A DNA stretch of 18,567 bases. Source: a virus. Below the pieces are notes generated by a model, which ran no database searches, had not been told where the DNA came from, and saw nothing but the letters and a program-made list of their open reading frames with translations. A program made the position numbers and the translations under genes. Of the stretch, positions 6,115 to 14,793 are shown piece after piece (positions within the stretch are counted from its first letter, which is position 1; each line of letters begins with the position of its first letter). The stretch spans positions 1 to 18,567 of the IMG/VR virus record IMGVR_UViG_3300045988_161322. One strand, written 5' to 3'.

Positions 6115-6992
6115 TGGGAATGACACATAAACAAAAACAGGGATTGATGCAAGAAAGTAGAAATCAACATTTTAATTTATTGTATAATAAATACAAGTTA
6201 TTAGCTTTAAATATGTTCACATGGGAAAACCTACCCGAAACAATTAAACCAAGATACATCGAAAAATCTCTTTTTCACTTTGGAAAAGCTATATTCGTTA
6301 ATGATGAAAATATGGGATTAATTTGTGTTCCTTGTGAATTTGCTGAAGAAATGAACGTAAATTTTGAGCATACAAAAGTAATTACAAGTGGTTATAATTA
6401 TATTAAAACTATACCCTATTTAAATAAAGATTGGAAGAATAATTGTCAACTTATTCTTAATAATGATTTAGGTTTCGGAACAGAGGATTATGTCATAGAT
6501 TATGCAACAAAGATGATGGAGGTTGAAAGATGTATAAGAGCTAATATTAATCATCAAAAATTCCCTTGGTTTATAGAAACAACTCCCAACAATAAACAAA
6601 CTATGCAAAAATTATTTGAAGAAGTAGATAATTTAGAGCCAGTGATTTTTGGTAATAAGGATTTAAATATTGAAAACTCAAATGCAATTTTAACTACTAC
6701 TCCATATGTCGCAGATAAGCTTAATGCATACAAATATGAACTTGAAAGAGAAATACTAACATTTTTTGGATTGAACAATTCCTTTGAGAAAAAGGAAAGA
6801 TTATTAGTTGACGAGGTTAATTCTAATAATGATTATATAAATAGAAATGTAGATATTATGTTTGCTAATAGACAAATTGCATGTAAAGAACTTAATAAAA
6901 AATTTGGGCTTAATGTTAAAGTAACAAAAAATAATAATTTTGAAAACAGTTATGACCAAGACGGAGAAAAGGAGGGAGAAATAGATGAGTAA
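6114..6992 (+). CDS. Head-tail connector, upper collar (portal), phi29 gp10 family
   Basis: Matches to phi29 gp10 as I recall it: [23 protein letters not shown] with [52 protein letters not shown] with [37 protein letters not shown] with YGLNVKV. Confidence 0.95.
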   Translation: [292 protein letters not shown]

Positions 6993-7611
6993 ATACACAC
7001 TAGAATTAAATCAAATAGTCAATGACTTAGATTTTAATTTATTTGATTTTGATTATAATTTATATGACAATGAATTAAAGTCAGCTTTTCAGAAAAAATT
7101 TATTGACCATTTCTATTTTTATGAAATTGGATTAACTCCTATAGCTAGATTTAAAAAGGCATTGCAAATTAAATTAAATGATATTTATCCATATTTTAAA
7201 CAACTTTATCAAACTGAATTAAGATGTAATGACATTGATTTTATGCTAAATAAAGATTTAAAAGAGCAATATACAAGAGAATTAACAGGAAATAGTTCAG
7301 TTAATCAAAGTTCAACAAGTACATCAAATGACACTAGCTTAAATATTAATAATGATACTCCACAAAATAAAGTTGATGACATTGACCAATATATGACTAG
7401 TGCAAGTAAGAATACGGACAACTCAACAATGAGCAGTAACGGGACAAATAGTGCAGAAAATAATTCAACAGAAACATATAGTTTAATTTCCCAAGGTAAT
7501 ATAGGGGTGACTTCATCTGCTGAATTATTAGAAAAATGGAGAAACGTATTAATAAATATTGACCAAATGATTTTTGATGAATGTAACGATTTGTTCATGC
7601 TAATATATTAG
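6985..7611 (+). CDS. Putative lower collar (tail tube) protein (phi29 gp11 position)
   Basis: It directly follows the connector and overlaps it by 8 nt. The N-terminal pattern FDFDY...FIDHFYFYEIG is typical of lower-collar proteins as I recall them. It has a central Ser/Asn/Thr-rich segment. Confidence 0.7.
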   Translation: MSKYTLELNQIVNDLDFNLFDFDYNLYDNELKSAFQKKFIDHFYFYEIGLTPIARFKKALQIKLNDIYPYFKQLYQTELRCNDIDFMLNKDLKEQYTRELTGNSSVNQSSTSTSNDTSLNINNDTPQNKVDDIDQYMTSASKNTDNSTMSSNGTNSAENNSTETYSLISQGNIGVTSSAELLEKWRNVLINIDQMIFDECNDLFMLIY

Positions 7612-7637
7612 GACTTGTTTACTCAAGTCCTTTTTTG
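7610..7637 (+). terminator. Rho-independent terminator or attenuator after the collar genes
   Basis: Stem AGGACTTG (7610-7617) pairs with CAAGTCCT (7624-7631), with a 6-nt loop and T6 at 7631-7636. Confidence 0.8.
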
Positions 7638-7667
7638 TCGTTAGTAATAAATAGGAGGTGCATGTGC

Positions 7668-8951
7668 ATGAGTATTGATAAAATAAGAAATATTGGACTT
7701 GATAAATTAGTTACACAAGTTTATGATTTTGACAGTTTGACAACTGATGAATTAATGTGCAAATTTGCCCAAAAAATAAATATCATTATTGAACATTTTA
7801 AATATTTAGATGATAGATGTTATAATAGTGATAAAAGTATGGAATTAAAATTGCAATATTTATTAGGACAAGGACTAGAGGAACAAGTTGCAAAAAGATT
7901 ATTAGAATTAATAAATAACGGAACATTGGAGCAGTTAATTAATCAAACTCTATTAAAGGATATTAATGATAAAGTTAATAATTTTAAAATTGAAGTTAAC
8001 GAAGAATTGGATAGTATTAAGAGTGAAAAAGTTGATAAAGAGTTGTTTAACTCACGAAGAGTTTTCAAACCTAAAATTTACGGTAATTTAAACTGGTCAG
8101 TATCAAAAAAAGTTGATGAAATATACCCATTTACTGATGAAACATTAAACAGTTGGATTGGATGTATTGACGGCATAATAATTGATTTTCAAATAAAGCC
8201 AAATGGGTCAATTATAAATGATGACACAACATATTTTTTAAATCCAACAACTGATTGGTTAAATTATGTAATAAAAAAATGCAATGATTTAAATATAAAA
8301 ATCAAAGGAGTAAAATTTCATGCTGATGAAATAAGGGACAATCTGAATAAATTAACATTTACTAATTGGTTTAATAAATATAAAGAATTAATAAGAAGTG
8401 TTACTAATGTATTAAAGTGTGATTATTTATTATATTTTAATGAAAGCTCTTCATTATTAAATAGAGAAATGACAGAAGTAAATATAATAAATAATTTTAC
8501 TAATGAATTAAAATCTTTAGGCTTTCAAGTAGGGTTTGCAGGAACTGGGGTAAAAAATTTAGATAAAGGATATATATTTGATATTATAAGTTTCCATCAA
8601 TACCCAGCAATAAGTGGAAAACTCAATAATACAACTTATAATGATAGTGTTATAGCATGGGAACAAAATAGAAATACCTATTTAGTAAATAAAGCTATAA
8701 AAGATTACCCAAATAAAAAAGTAATGTTAGGTGAAGCAGGTTGTCCCGATAGTTGGGAATGTTTAGCAGTTCCCGAAAAATGGAATTGGAATAGCAACGA
8801 TTTAACACCCGATATGAGTGGAAACCCTAGTGCTATCTTTTTATATGGAATGTTAGAAACATATAAAAATACAAATTTAGATTGTGCATGTTTTTGGTAT
8901 TGCGACCCTATGCTAGAAGAAACTAGAAAATTATTGAAAAAATATGTATAA
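7668..8951 (+). CDS. Putative tail appendage or receptor-binding protein with a clan GH-A-like glycosidase domain
   Basis: It occupies the phi29 gp12 position. The N-terminal LQYLLGQGLEEQVAKRLLELINNGTLEQLIN resembles anchor regions of Firmicute phage fibre proteins (from memory). The C-terminal half has FNESS and MLGEAGC, which look like the Asn-Glu acid/base and Glu nucleophile motifs of (beta/alpha)8 retaining glycosidases. ATG 7668 lies 9 nt after AGGAGG and is preferred over TTG 7635. Confidence 0.6.
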   Translation: MSIDKIRNIGLDKLVTQVYDFDSLTTDELMCKFAQKINIIIEHFKYLDDRCYNSDKSMELKLQYLLGQGLEEQVAKRLLELINNGTLEQLINQTLLKDINDKVNNFKIEVNEELDSIKSEKVDKELFNSRRVFKPKIYGNLNWSVSKKVDEIYPFTDETLNSWIGCIDGIIIDFQIKPNGSIINDDTTYFLNPTTDWLNYVIKKCNDLNIKIKGVKFHADEIRDNLNKLTFTNWFNKYKELIRSVTNVLKCDYLLYFNESSSLLNREMTEVNIINNFTNELKSLGFQVGFAGTGVKNLDKGYIFDIISFHQYPAISGKLNNTTYNDSVIAWEQNRNTYLVNKAIKDYPNKKVMLGEAGCPDSWECLAVPEKWNWNSNDLTPDMSGNPSAIFLYGMLETYKNTNLDCACFWYCDPMLEETRKLLKKYV

Positions 8952-8965
8952 AGGAGGTCGATTAT

Positions 8966-9760
8966 ATGAACGGAATAAATAGAGGGGGAGACGTAACTGT
9001 CGAAAGAGGTATAGGAAGCGATTATTGCGTTCCAGTTTTAAGAATACCAATAGAGCCAAAAGGAACTATTTTCAATTTTGATGAAGGGAAAATAATAGGA
9101 AGTATTGGATTCACTGTTTATAGATATACAATAAACGAATATGAAAAAGCAGAATATTTTGCTTATTTTGGCAGACAAACAAACGAAGATACAAGTAGTA
9201 TTTTATCGAAAATAAAAAAACTTAATGGAAGTAGTAATATTAGAGTTTATAGTAGAATTTTAGGTAATTATATTTATGTTTATGTAAGACCAATAAATCA
9301 GTATGATGTGTTAACTCTACAAGTTAATTTTGCAACTGCATTTAATTTTGTTGAGTTATTGCGATATGAAGATAAAGAGTTATATTCTGATTTAAGTTCA
9401 ACTTTAACGATAGCACAAACACAAAAAACTAACATTACTCCAAATGAGGAATTAGGTTGGAAGAATGATAGTTCATATACTGTAATAAATGATATTGATT
9501 ATTTAAATAGAGTATCATTAAATTTCACTTTATATTCAACTTCAACTGCAGATTTATCAGAGGGTGTTAATATTGCTACAATTTCAAATCCACCATTAAA
9601 AAATACTCCAGTTTGTGCTTGTTATCAAGACTTAACAACAAATACAATTGGTGTTTGTCAATTGTTATTTAGGGCAAACGGTACTGTAGGTTTGAGAGGA
9701 TGTTCAACCTTATCAAACAAGGAAATTCGTGTATTTGCTAGTGTAAATTATTTTATTTAA
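8966..9760 (+). CDS. Hypothetical 264-aa late (probably structural) protein
   Basis: SD AAGGAGG. It lies in the late operon between the appendage and lysis genes. No family recognised. Confidence 0.75.
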   Translation: MNGINRGGDVTVERGIGSDYCVPVLRIPIEPKGTIFNFDEGKIIGSIGFTVYRYTINEYEKAEYFAYFGRQTNEDTSSILSKIKKLNGSSNIRVYSRILGNYIYVYVRPINQYDVLTLQVNFATAFNFVELLRYEDKELYSDLSSTLTIAQTQKTNITPNEELGWKNDSSYTVINDIDYLNRVSLNFTLYSTSTADLSEGVNIATISNPPLKNTPVCACYQDLTTNTIGVCQLLFRANGTVGLRGCSTLSNKEIRVFASVNYFI

Positions 9761-9821
9761 TTAATAAATGAGTAAGGAGGTAACATCAACTTTCCTAATT
9801 TTATAAAGGAAGTGAAATACA

Positions 9822-10070
9822 ATGGGAAGTAAAGAAAATATTTATTCATCTATACAAAATTTGTACAATATGGATAAAAATACATGGCAAGAAGTTCTCG
9901 CAGAAATGTATAACTTAGTATATCAATGCCAAGATACTTGTGAAAATTTAAATAATACAATTAATTTAATGTTACCATTTAATAAGATTGTTTTAATTTC
10001 ACCAAGTAATAAACAATATAAACTAATAGTTGATGATGAGGGAAATTTATCAACTGAATTATACGAATAG
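9822..10070 (+). CDS. Hypothetical 82-aa late protein
   Basis: SD AAGGAAGTG lies 7 nt upstream. The C-terminal IVLISPSNKQYKLIVDDEGNLSTE resembles a short motif common in small proteins next to Firmicute phage fibre and holin genes (from memory). Confidence 0.65.
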   Translation: MGSKENIYSSIQNLYNMDKNTWQEVLAEMYNLVYQCQDTCENLNNTINLMLPFNKIVLISPSNKQYKLIVDDEGNLSTELYE

Positions 10071-10079
10071 GAGGATAAT

Positions 10080-10325
10080 ATGAGCGAAGTATCAACATTA
10101 ATTACAAATCTAGGTTTTCCAATTGTTTGCGTTCTAGGTTGTGCATATTTTATTTGGTATATGGTTAAGCAAGAACGTGAAGAAAATGCAAAAAGGGAAG
10201 AAAGGTATTTGACAACTATTGATAAATTCACAGATGTACTTGAAAAAGTAAACGAAAATTTGGCAACAAATAACAAAAGATTAGAATATATAGAAAAGAA
10301 ATTAAGCATAGGAAGTGATGAGTAA
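10080..10325 (+). CDS. Holin, BhlA/UviB family
   Basis: One N-terminal transmembrane helix (LITNLGFPIVCVLGCAYFIWYMV) is followed by a charged coiled-coil tail (KQEREENAKREERY...). This is the BhlA/UviB architecture. It sits immediately upstream of the endolysin. SD AGGAGG. Confidence 0.8.
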   Translation: MSEVSTLITNLGFPIVCVLGCAYFIWYMVKQEREENAKREERYLTTIDKFTDVLEKVNENLATNNKRLEYIEKKLSIGSDE

Positions 10326-10985
10326 TTGTATAACCAAATTAATATTAGTAGTGGTCATAGCATAAATTGTCAAGGTGCAAGTGATATAATAAACGAAGTT
10401 ACTGAAGCAAGAAAAATAGTTGATAGAATTTACGACATGTGTAAAGCTATTGGTATAGAAGTGTACAAGTATCATGATACATCAAGTTCAAGTTCACAAA
10501 ACTTAGCAAATATTGCAAACTGGCATAATCAATTTAAAGATGGTATAGATATATCAATTCATTTTAATGCTTATCACCATACATCAAACAGTATGGGTAC
10601 AGAAGTTTGTTATTATTCCCAATCACAATTAGCTAATCAAGTGTCATCTGCAATTAGTAAAGCAAGTGGACTAAAAGATAGAGGGGGAAAAGAAAGAAAA
10701 GGGCTTTATGTTTTAAAACACACAAATAAACCAATGCTATTAATTGAAGTTTGTTTCTGTGATAGTTCTTTTGATGTACAAAAATATCGTGAAAACTTTG
10801 ATGGCATATGTTCTGCAATAATACAAGCTTTAACTGGTAAAACTTTTCAAGTAAATAATACAAATAATAGTTCAAATAATGATAAGATTTATCGTGTACA
10901 AGTTGGAGCATATAAAGTTAAATCAAATGCAGAAGAAATGCAACAAAAATTAAAGAAATTAGGTATTGATAGTATAATTGTATAA
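10326..10985 (+). CDS. Endolysin: N-acetylmuramoyl-L-alanine amidase (Amidase_3, CD27L-like) with a C-terminal SPOR-like repeat
   Basis: SSGHSINCQGAS..INE and ISIHFNA....GTEVCYYS....LKDRG.KERKGLYVLKHTNKPMLLIEVCFCD parallel the CD27L/PlyPSA-type amidase as I recall it. After an Asn/Ser linker, YRVQVGAYKVKSNAEEMQQKLKKLG matches the SPOR signature. The only usable start is TTG 10326, which abuts the holin stop. GGAAGTG lies 8 nt upstream. Confidence 0.88.
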   Translation: MYNQINISSGHSINCQGASDIINEVTEARKIVDRIYDMCKAIGIEVYKYHDTSSSSSQNLANIANWHNQFKDGIDISIHFNAYHHTSNSMGTEVCYYSQSQLANQVSSAISKASGLKDRGGKERKGLYVLKHTNKPMLLIEVCFCDSSFDVQKYRENFDGICSAIIQALTGKTFQVNNTNNSSNNDKIYRVQVGAYKVKSNAEEMQQKLKKLGIDSIIV

Positions 10986-10993
10986 TATAAACA

Positions 10994-11024
10994 GTCCTTG
11001 CAATCACTTGTAAGGGCTTTAATT
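10994..11024 (+). terminator. Weak stem-loop, possible attenuator, after the endolysin
   Basis: GTCCTTGCAA (10994-11003) pairs with TTGTAAGGGC (11008-11017), including two G-U pairs, with a 4-nt loop. The tail TTTAATT is poor. Confidence 0.35.
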
Positions 11025-11045
11025 AAATGAAAGGAAGTGTTTATT

Positions 11046-12047
11046 TTGGCATGGTATAATTATGATAGAATTAATAGTTATAATGCTACTTTGAATTTCA
11101 TATTGACTAATAGAGGGTTTGGGAAAACATTTGGAGCAAAATGTAATGTAATCAAAAAGTTTTTAAAAAAGGGTGAACAATTTGTATATGTAAGGAGATA
11201 TAAAACTGAACTTAATGATATTCATAAATTTTTTGATAGTCCTGATTTAAGGAAAAAGTTTAAGACACACACATTCGAAGTAAAAGGTAAAACATTTTAT
11301 ATAGATGGAAAAATCGCAGGGTATGCGATTGCTCTTTCAACATCACAAAAATTAAAATCAGTAGATTATCCTTTTGTAACAACTATCATTTTTGACGAAT
11401 TTATAGTCGATAAAGGTTGTATAAGGTATTTATCCAATGAAGTTGATGTATTTTTAGATTTATATGAAACAATAGCAAGAAAAAGAAATAATGTTAAAGC
11501 ATATTTACTAGCTAATAATGTTTCAGTAGTTAATCCTTATTTTACTTACTTTGATGTAACTCCTAAAAAGACAGAAAGATTTACTATAGCTCGTGATGGT
11601 GAATTGATTATCGAAATGTGCACTGATACAGTATTTATTAATGAAAAACTAGAAACAAAGTTTGGTAAACTTATTAAAGGGACAAAATATGCTGACTATT
11701 CAATATTTAATAATTCGCTTAGAGATAGTGAAGTGTTTATTGAGAAAAGACCAAAAAGAAATACTTCGCCTGTTATGTCAATAACATATAATGGTGAAGT
11801 TAGTATGATATGGCTTGATTACAAAACTGGTATATTTTATTGTGATGACAAATATATGAAAACATGTAATGAATATGTACTAAGTTGTGAAGACCATAAT
11901 CCGAATACATTACTAAATGCAAGTGGAATTAATCTTAGCATGTTAAAACAATTAATATCATATTTCCAAGTTGGAAGAGTAAGATTTTCTGACCAAAACA
12001 ATAAACATTTAATGTATGATATTTTCAGAAGTTTAGGAGTAAAATAA
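11046..12047 (+). CDS. DNA encapsidation ATPase (phi29 gp16 family)
   Basis: Matches to phi29 gp16 as I recall it: YDRINSYNATLNFILTNRGFGKTF with YDRILNFVIGARGIGKSY (Walker A); GEQFVYVRRYKTEL with GEQFIYVRRYKPEL; TTIIFDEF with STIVFDEF; NNVSVVNPYF with SNAVSVVNPYF. There is no in-frame ATG. TTG 11046 lies 8 nt after AAGGAAG and is preferred over GTG 11037, which overlaps the SD. Confidence 0.93.
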   Translation: MAWYNYDRINSYNATLNFILTNRGFGKTFGAKCNVIKKFLKKGEQFVYVRRYKTELNDIHKFFDSPDLRKKFKTHTFEVKGKTFYIDGKIAGYAIALSTSQKLKSVDYPFVTTIIFDEFIVDKGCIRYLSNEVDVFLDLYETIARKRNNVKAYLLANNVSVVNPYFTYFDVTPKKTERFTIARDGELIIEMCTDTVFINEKLETKFGKLIKGTKYADYSIFNNSLRDSEVFIEKRPKRNTSPVMSITYNGEVSMIWLDYKTGIFYCDDKYMKTCNEYVLSCEDHNPNTLLNASGINLSMLKQLISYFQVGRVRFSDQNNKHLMYDIFRSLGVK

Positions 12048-12049
12048 AA

Positions 12050-12066
12050 GGAGGGTTTAACCCTCC
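12050..12066. terminator. Bidirectional terminator between the convergent late and right-early units
   Basis: GGAGGG (12050-12055) pairs with CCCTCC (12061-12066), with a 5-nt loop. It is flanked by A-rich sequence on the left and T-rich sequence on the right, and sits in the 24-bp gap between two convergent stop codons. Confidence 0.75.
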
Positions 12067-12071
12067 AATTG

Positions 12072-12635
12072 TTAAATTATTTCTCTTATTTCTTTCTCAT
12101 GTTCTCTTAATCTTTTTCTAATCCTTGATAAAATTGTTTTTGTACCATTATATTTTGTATTATATTTTTTACATATTTCTTCTATAGTATAACCTTGACA
12201 ATACATTTTAAAATATTCTTTATGCCTTTCATTTTTGATAAATTCGCAAACCTTATCAATTGTTTCGTTTATATCTTCGTATTCATCTTCAGATTGAATA
12301 ACATTGTGTAAACTCAAATCCTTATTACTTTCATTTTTAACCACTTCTTTATCTAAAAACACTCTATTGTCATAAACTTTTCTTTTTTCTCTTCTTTCAA
12401 TTTTTAAAACATCATAAACTCCATTTTTTACTACTTTTGCAATGAATGTATTTAACCCTGCAATATCTTCATTATATTTATTTATAGCAAAAGCAACTTT
12501 TATTTCACATATTTGTAACACATCTTCAAATTCTACCCTATCATGGTAATTTACTAATATAGTATTATAAAATCTGTATGTCATACCTTTTATATATCTA
12601 TCTCCATATTGATTTATATAATCTTCATATTTCAT
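12072..12635 (-). CDS. Sigma-70-family (ECF or group-5-like) sigma factor, candidate late-gene regulator
   Basis: 187 aa. A region-2-like segment, EDVLQICEIKVAFAINKY...LNTFIAKVVKNGVYDVLKIERREKRK, and a region-4 HTH-like segment, KEYFKMYCQGYTIEEICKKYN...GTKTILSRIRKRLRE, are separated by an acidic linker. SD GGGGGTAAGGA. Confidence 0.7.
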   Translation of the reverse strand: MKYEDYINQYGDRYIKGMTYRFYNTILVNYHDRVEFEDVLQICEIKVAFAINKYNEDIAGLNTFIAKVVKNGVYDVLKIERREKRKVYDNRVFLDKEVVKNESNKDLSLHNVIQSEDEYEDINETIDKVCEFIKNERHKEYFKMYCQGYTIEEICKKYNTKYNGTKTILSRIRKRLREHEKEIREII

Positions 12636-12650
12636 AAAATTCCTTACCCC

Positions 12651-14780
12651 CTAAAATAAATAATAACTATTTGAAATTTTATAAGGTTGTTCTTGTATAA
12701 GTGTACCACCTTTTATTATCTTTGATTTTTTAGATTTAATTAAACCTACTATTTTCTTTGTACATTCTTTATCATAATAGTAATATATATCATTTTCTTT
12801 TGTGTATAATTTCATCTTTTTTAATTCCTTTGATGCGTGAGGACAATTATCGAATACATTAATATCATTAACTTGCTTCATTATATTATCTGTTAATCCA
12901 CAACATTTAATTTCCCATTTATGAGTTTCTGCATTCTTTTCTGCATAACGTTTGCTGCCAATATATTTAAAATCTTCAAAACATAATTCATTATCCCAGT
13001 AACCATATATCTTTGCTCCAATGTTTACCCCTTTAACTTCTTCAAGTGTTCCGTATAAATGTAAACTGTCAGTATCACAATATAAAAATCTTTCATAATT
13101 TGCATTAATTGCTTGGACTAAATATTGCTTAGCATATGATGTTATAAAAGTCGCCATAGGTAAATAAATGTTATCTGAAACATACTCATCATGTAAATGA
13201 TTAATTGTAAATATCCCGTCTTTGTTTTCAAATTCTGTAATTTCGTTACTGCCACTCATGCCGAATTTACCATATAACCCGTTTTGCCTTAATTTTGCAA
13301 TTGCTCTATTTGCACCTGTAGAGTTCTTTTTTACTTCACTCCAAAAATCAATGTAGTTTTTGAATAAATCATGACTACCACTAAATGCCATATGCCCACC
13401 AAGTTCATAAGAATAAACATTGTAACATTCAAAAAGTAAATCAAGTAACGGGTTGCATAATCTAAAAGTTAATGTTACTTTTTCTCCATCTTTTACATTA
13501 TTTTTTAATATTTCACGACCATTAAAATTTGGGTTATCCTTAACTTGTAAGAATGCCATCTTATTTTCTTTTACTTCAAAATCGTATATAGTAATTTCTT
13601 GAATATATAATGGAAAACATTTTTTATAACTTTCATTCATATCACAATATGGAATATCTTTATAATTTGCTTGACCATAAGGTAATAGTCTGTCGTACAT
13701 AATATATGGATACAAAGAATTAACATCTAAAACTATACCGTTATGATTTTTGCATTTTTTAAATTTTTCTACATTTTCAAAACATACTGTACTTAAACCA
13801 CCATAATACGAATGCCTTTGCCATGCATCAGTAAAATAACTTTGCTTTGGAAACAAGCATTCAAACATTATTTGTTTTTTCAAAGCAGGGCTATTAGTTT
13901 GAAAAAATTTCGAACGCATTAATCCATTATCTACATAGTCAAATAAATCTTGATTTTCAAACATATTTTGTTTTAAAGTATAATCCTCTAGAATTGTGTC
14001 TTTATAATCCTCTAATGATTGACCACTATTTGTTAACTTAGTGTACAATACATGTTTCCCATTTATATCAAGCCCGTCAATTTTAAGCATTTTTACTAGA
14101 TAACTTAAACCGAATACATCATTGTAAATATAACTTAATTCTTCTATTGTTAAATCATCATCAAGACTTCTTTCCTTTTCATAATCTAATCCATCTTTTG
14201 GTAGATGCAAATTAAGAAAGTCACTACAACATTTTTGTAAAGAAAATGGAGCAATTTTGAAAGTATCATAAAAATTTATTGTTACGTCATCACCTTGTAA
14301 AGTTAACTTATAAAATAGTCCATCTTTCATTATTAAATTATATTCAAATGCTTTTAATTTTGTTTTATTCTTAGTAGTGAATTTTAATTTTTCTTTTTTC
14401 TTATTGTAAAAATCGTAACATTCTTTTTCGTAATAATCATCAAATCTTTGACTTACATTATCTTGTTCGGTAAACCATAATATAAAAGGCTTAATATCGT
14501 ATAATGCATTATGAGCAAATAAATTAATTGTTTTCTTTTTAATAGATAATAAATCATTCATAAACTTATCAACAGATTTATAATGATAACAAATATCTGT
14601 ATTATTGTCACATGACATTAAAGCGATAGAATAAGTTAACATTTCATTCTTTTCTTTTAAATAACATGCTTCAATATCAAACGCAAAATTTTGAACGTCG
14701 CCATAATTTGGAATAGTATCATAAAAATAATGTTTTTTTAACTCATTAGTAATTTTTTCTAACCTTTCATTTAATTTCAT
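12651..14780 (-). CDS. Protein-primed family-B DNA polymerase (phi29 gp2 type)
   Basis: Exo I FAFDIEA, Exo II HNALYDIKPF, Exo III YIYNDV, motif A LDVNSLYP, motif B KLRQNGLYGKFG, motif C LYCDTDS, and KxY GSKRYAEK. SD GGGAGGA. Confidence 0.96.
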   Translation of the reverse strand: MKLNERLEKITNELKKHYFYDTIPNYGDVQNFAFDIEACYLKEKNEMLTYSIALMSCDNNTDICYHYKSVDKFMNDLLSIKKKTINLFAHNALYDIKPFILWFTEQDNVSQRFDDYYEKECYDFYNKKKEKLKFTTKNKTKLKAFEYNLIMKDGLFYKLTLQGDDVTINFYDTFKIAPFSLQKCCSDFLNLHLPKDGLDYEKERSLDDDLTIEELSYIYNDVFGLSYLVKMLKIDGLDINGKHVLYTKLTNSGQSLEDYKDTILEDYTLKQNMFENQDLFDYVDNGLMRSKFFQTNSPALKKQIMFECLFPKQSYFTDAWQRHSYYGGLSTVCFENVEKFKKCKNHNGIVLDVNSLYPYIMYDRLLPYGQANYKDIPYCDMNESYKKCFPLYIQEITIYDFEVKENKMAFLQVKDNPNFNGREILKNNVKDGEKVTLTFRLCNPLLDLLFECYNVYSYELGGHMAFSGSHDLFKNYIDFWSEVKKNSTGANRAIAKLRQNGLYGKFGMSGSNEITEFENKDGIFTINHLHDEYVSDNIYLPMATFITSYAKQYLVQAINANYERFLYCDTDSLHLYGTLEEVKGVNIGAKIYGYWDNELCFEDFKYIGSKRYAEKNAETHKWEIKCCGLTDNIMKQVNDINVFDNCPHASKELKKMKLYTKENDIYYYYDKECTKKIVGLIKSKKSKIIKGGTLIQEQPYKISNSYYLF

Positions 14781-14793
14781 TTATTAATCCTCC

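Noticed and set aside
9771-9821. Strong SD TAAGGAGGT (9773-9781) without a start codon at proper spacing
   Set aside because: Only ATC follows, 4 nt downstream, and it opens a 15-codon frame. This is probably a chance SD-like sequence, or part of a weak stem with TTTCCT downstream. The real gene start at 9822 has its own SD.
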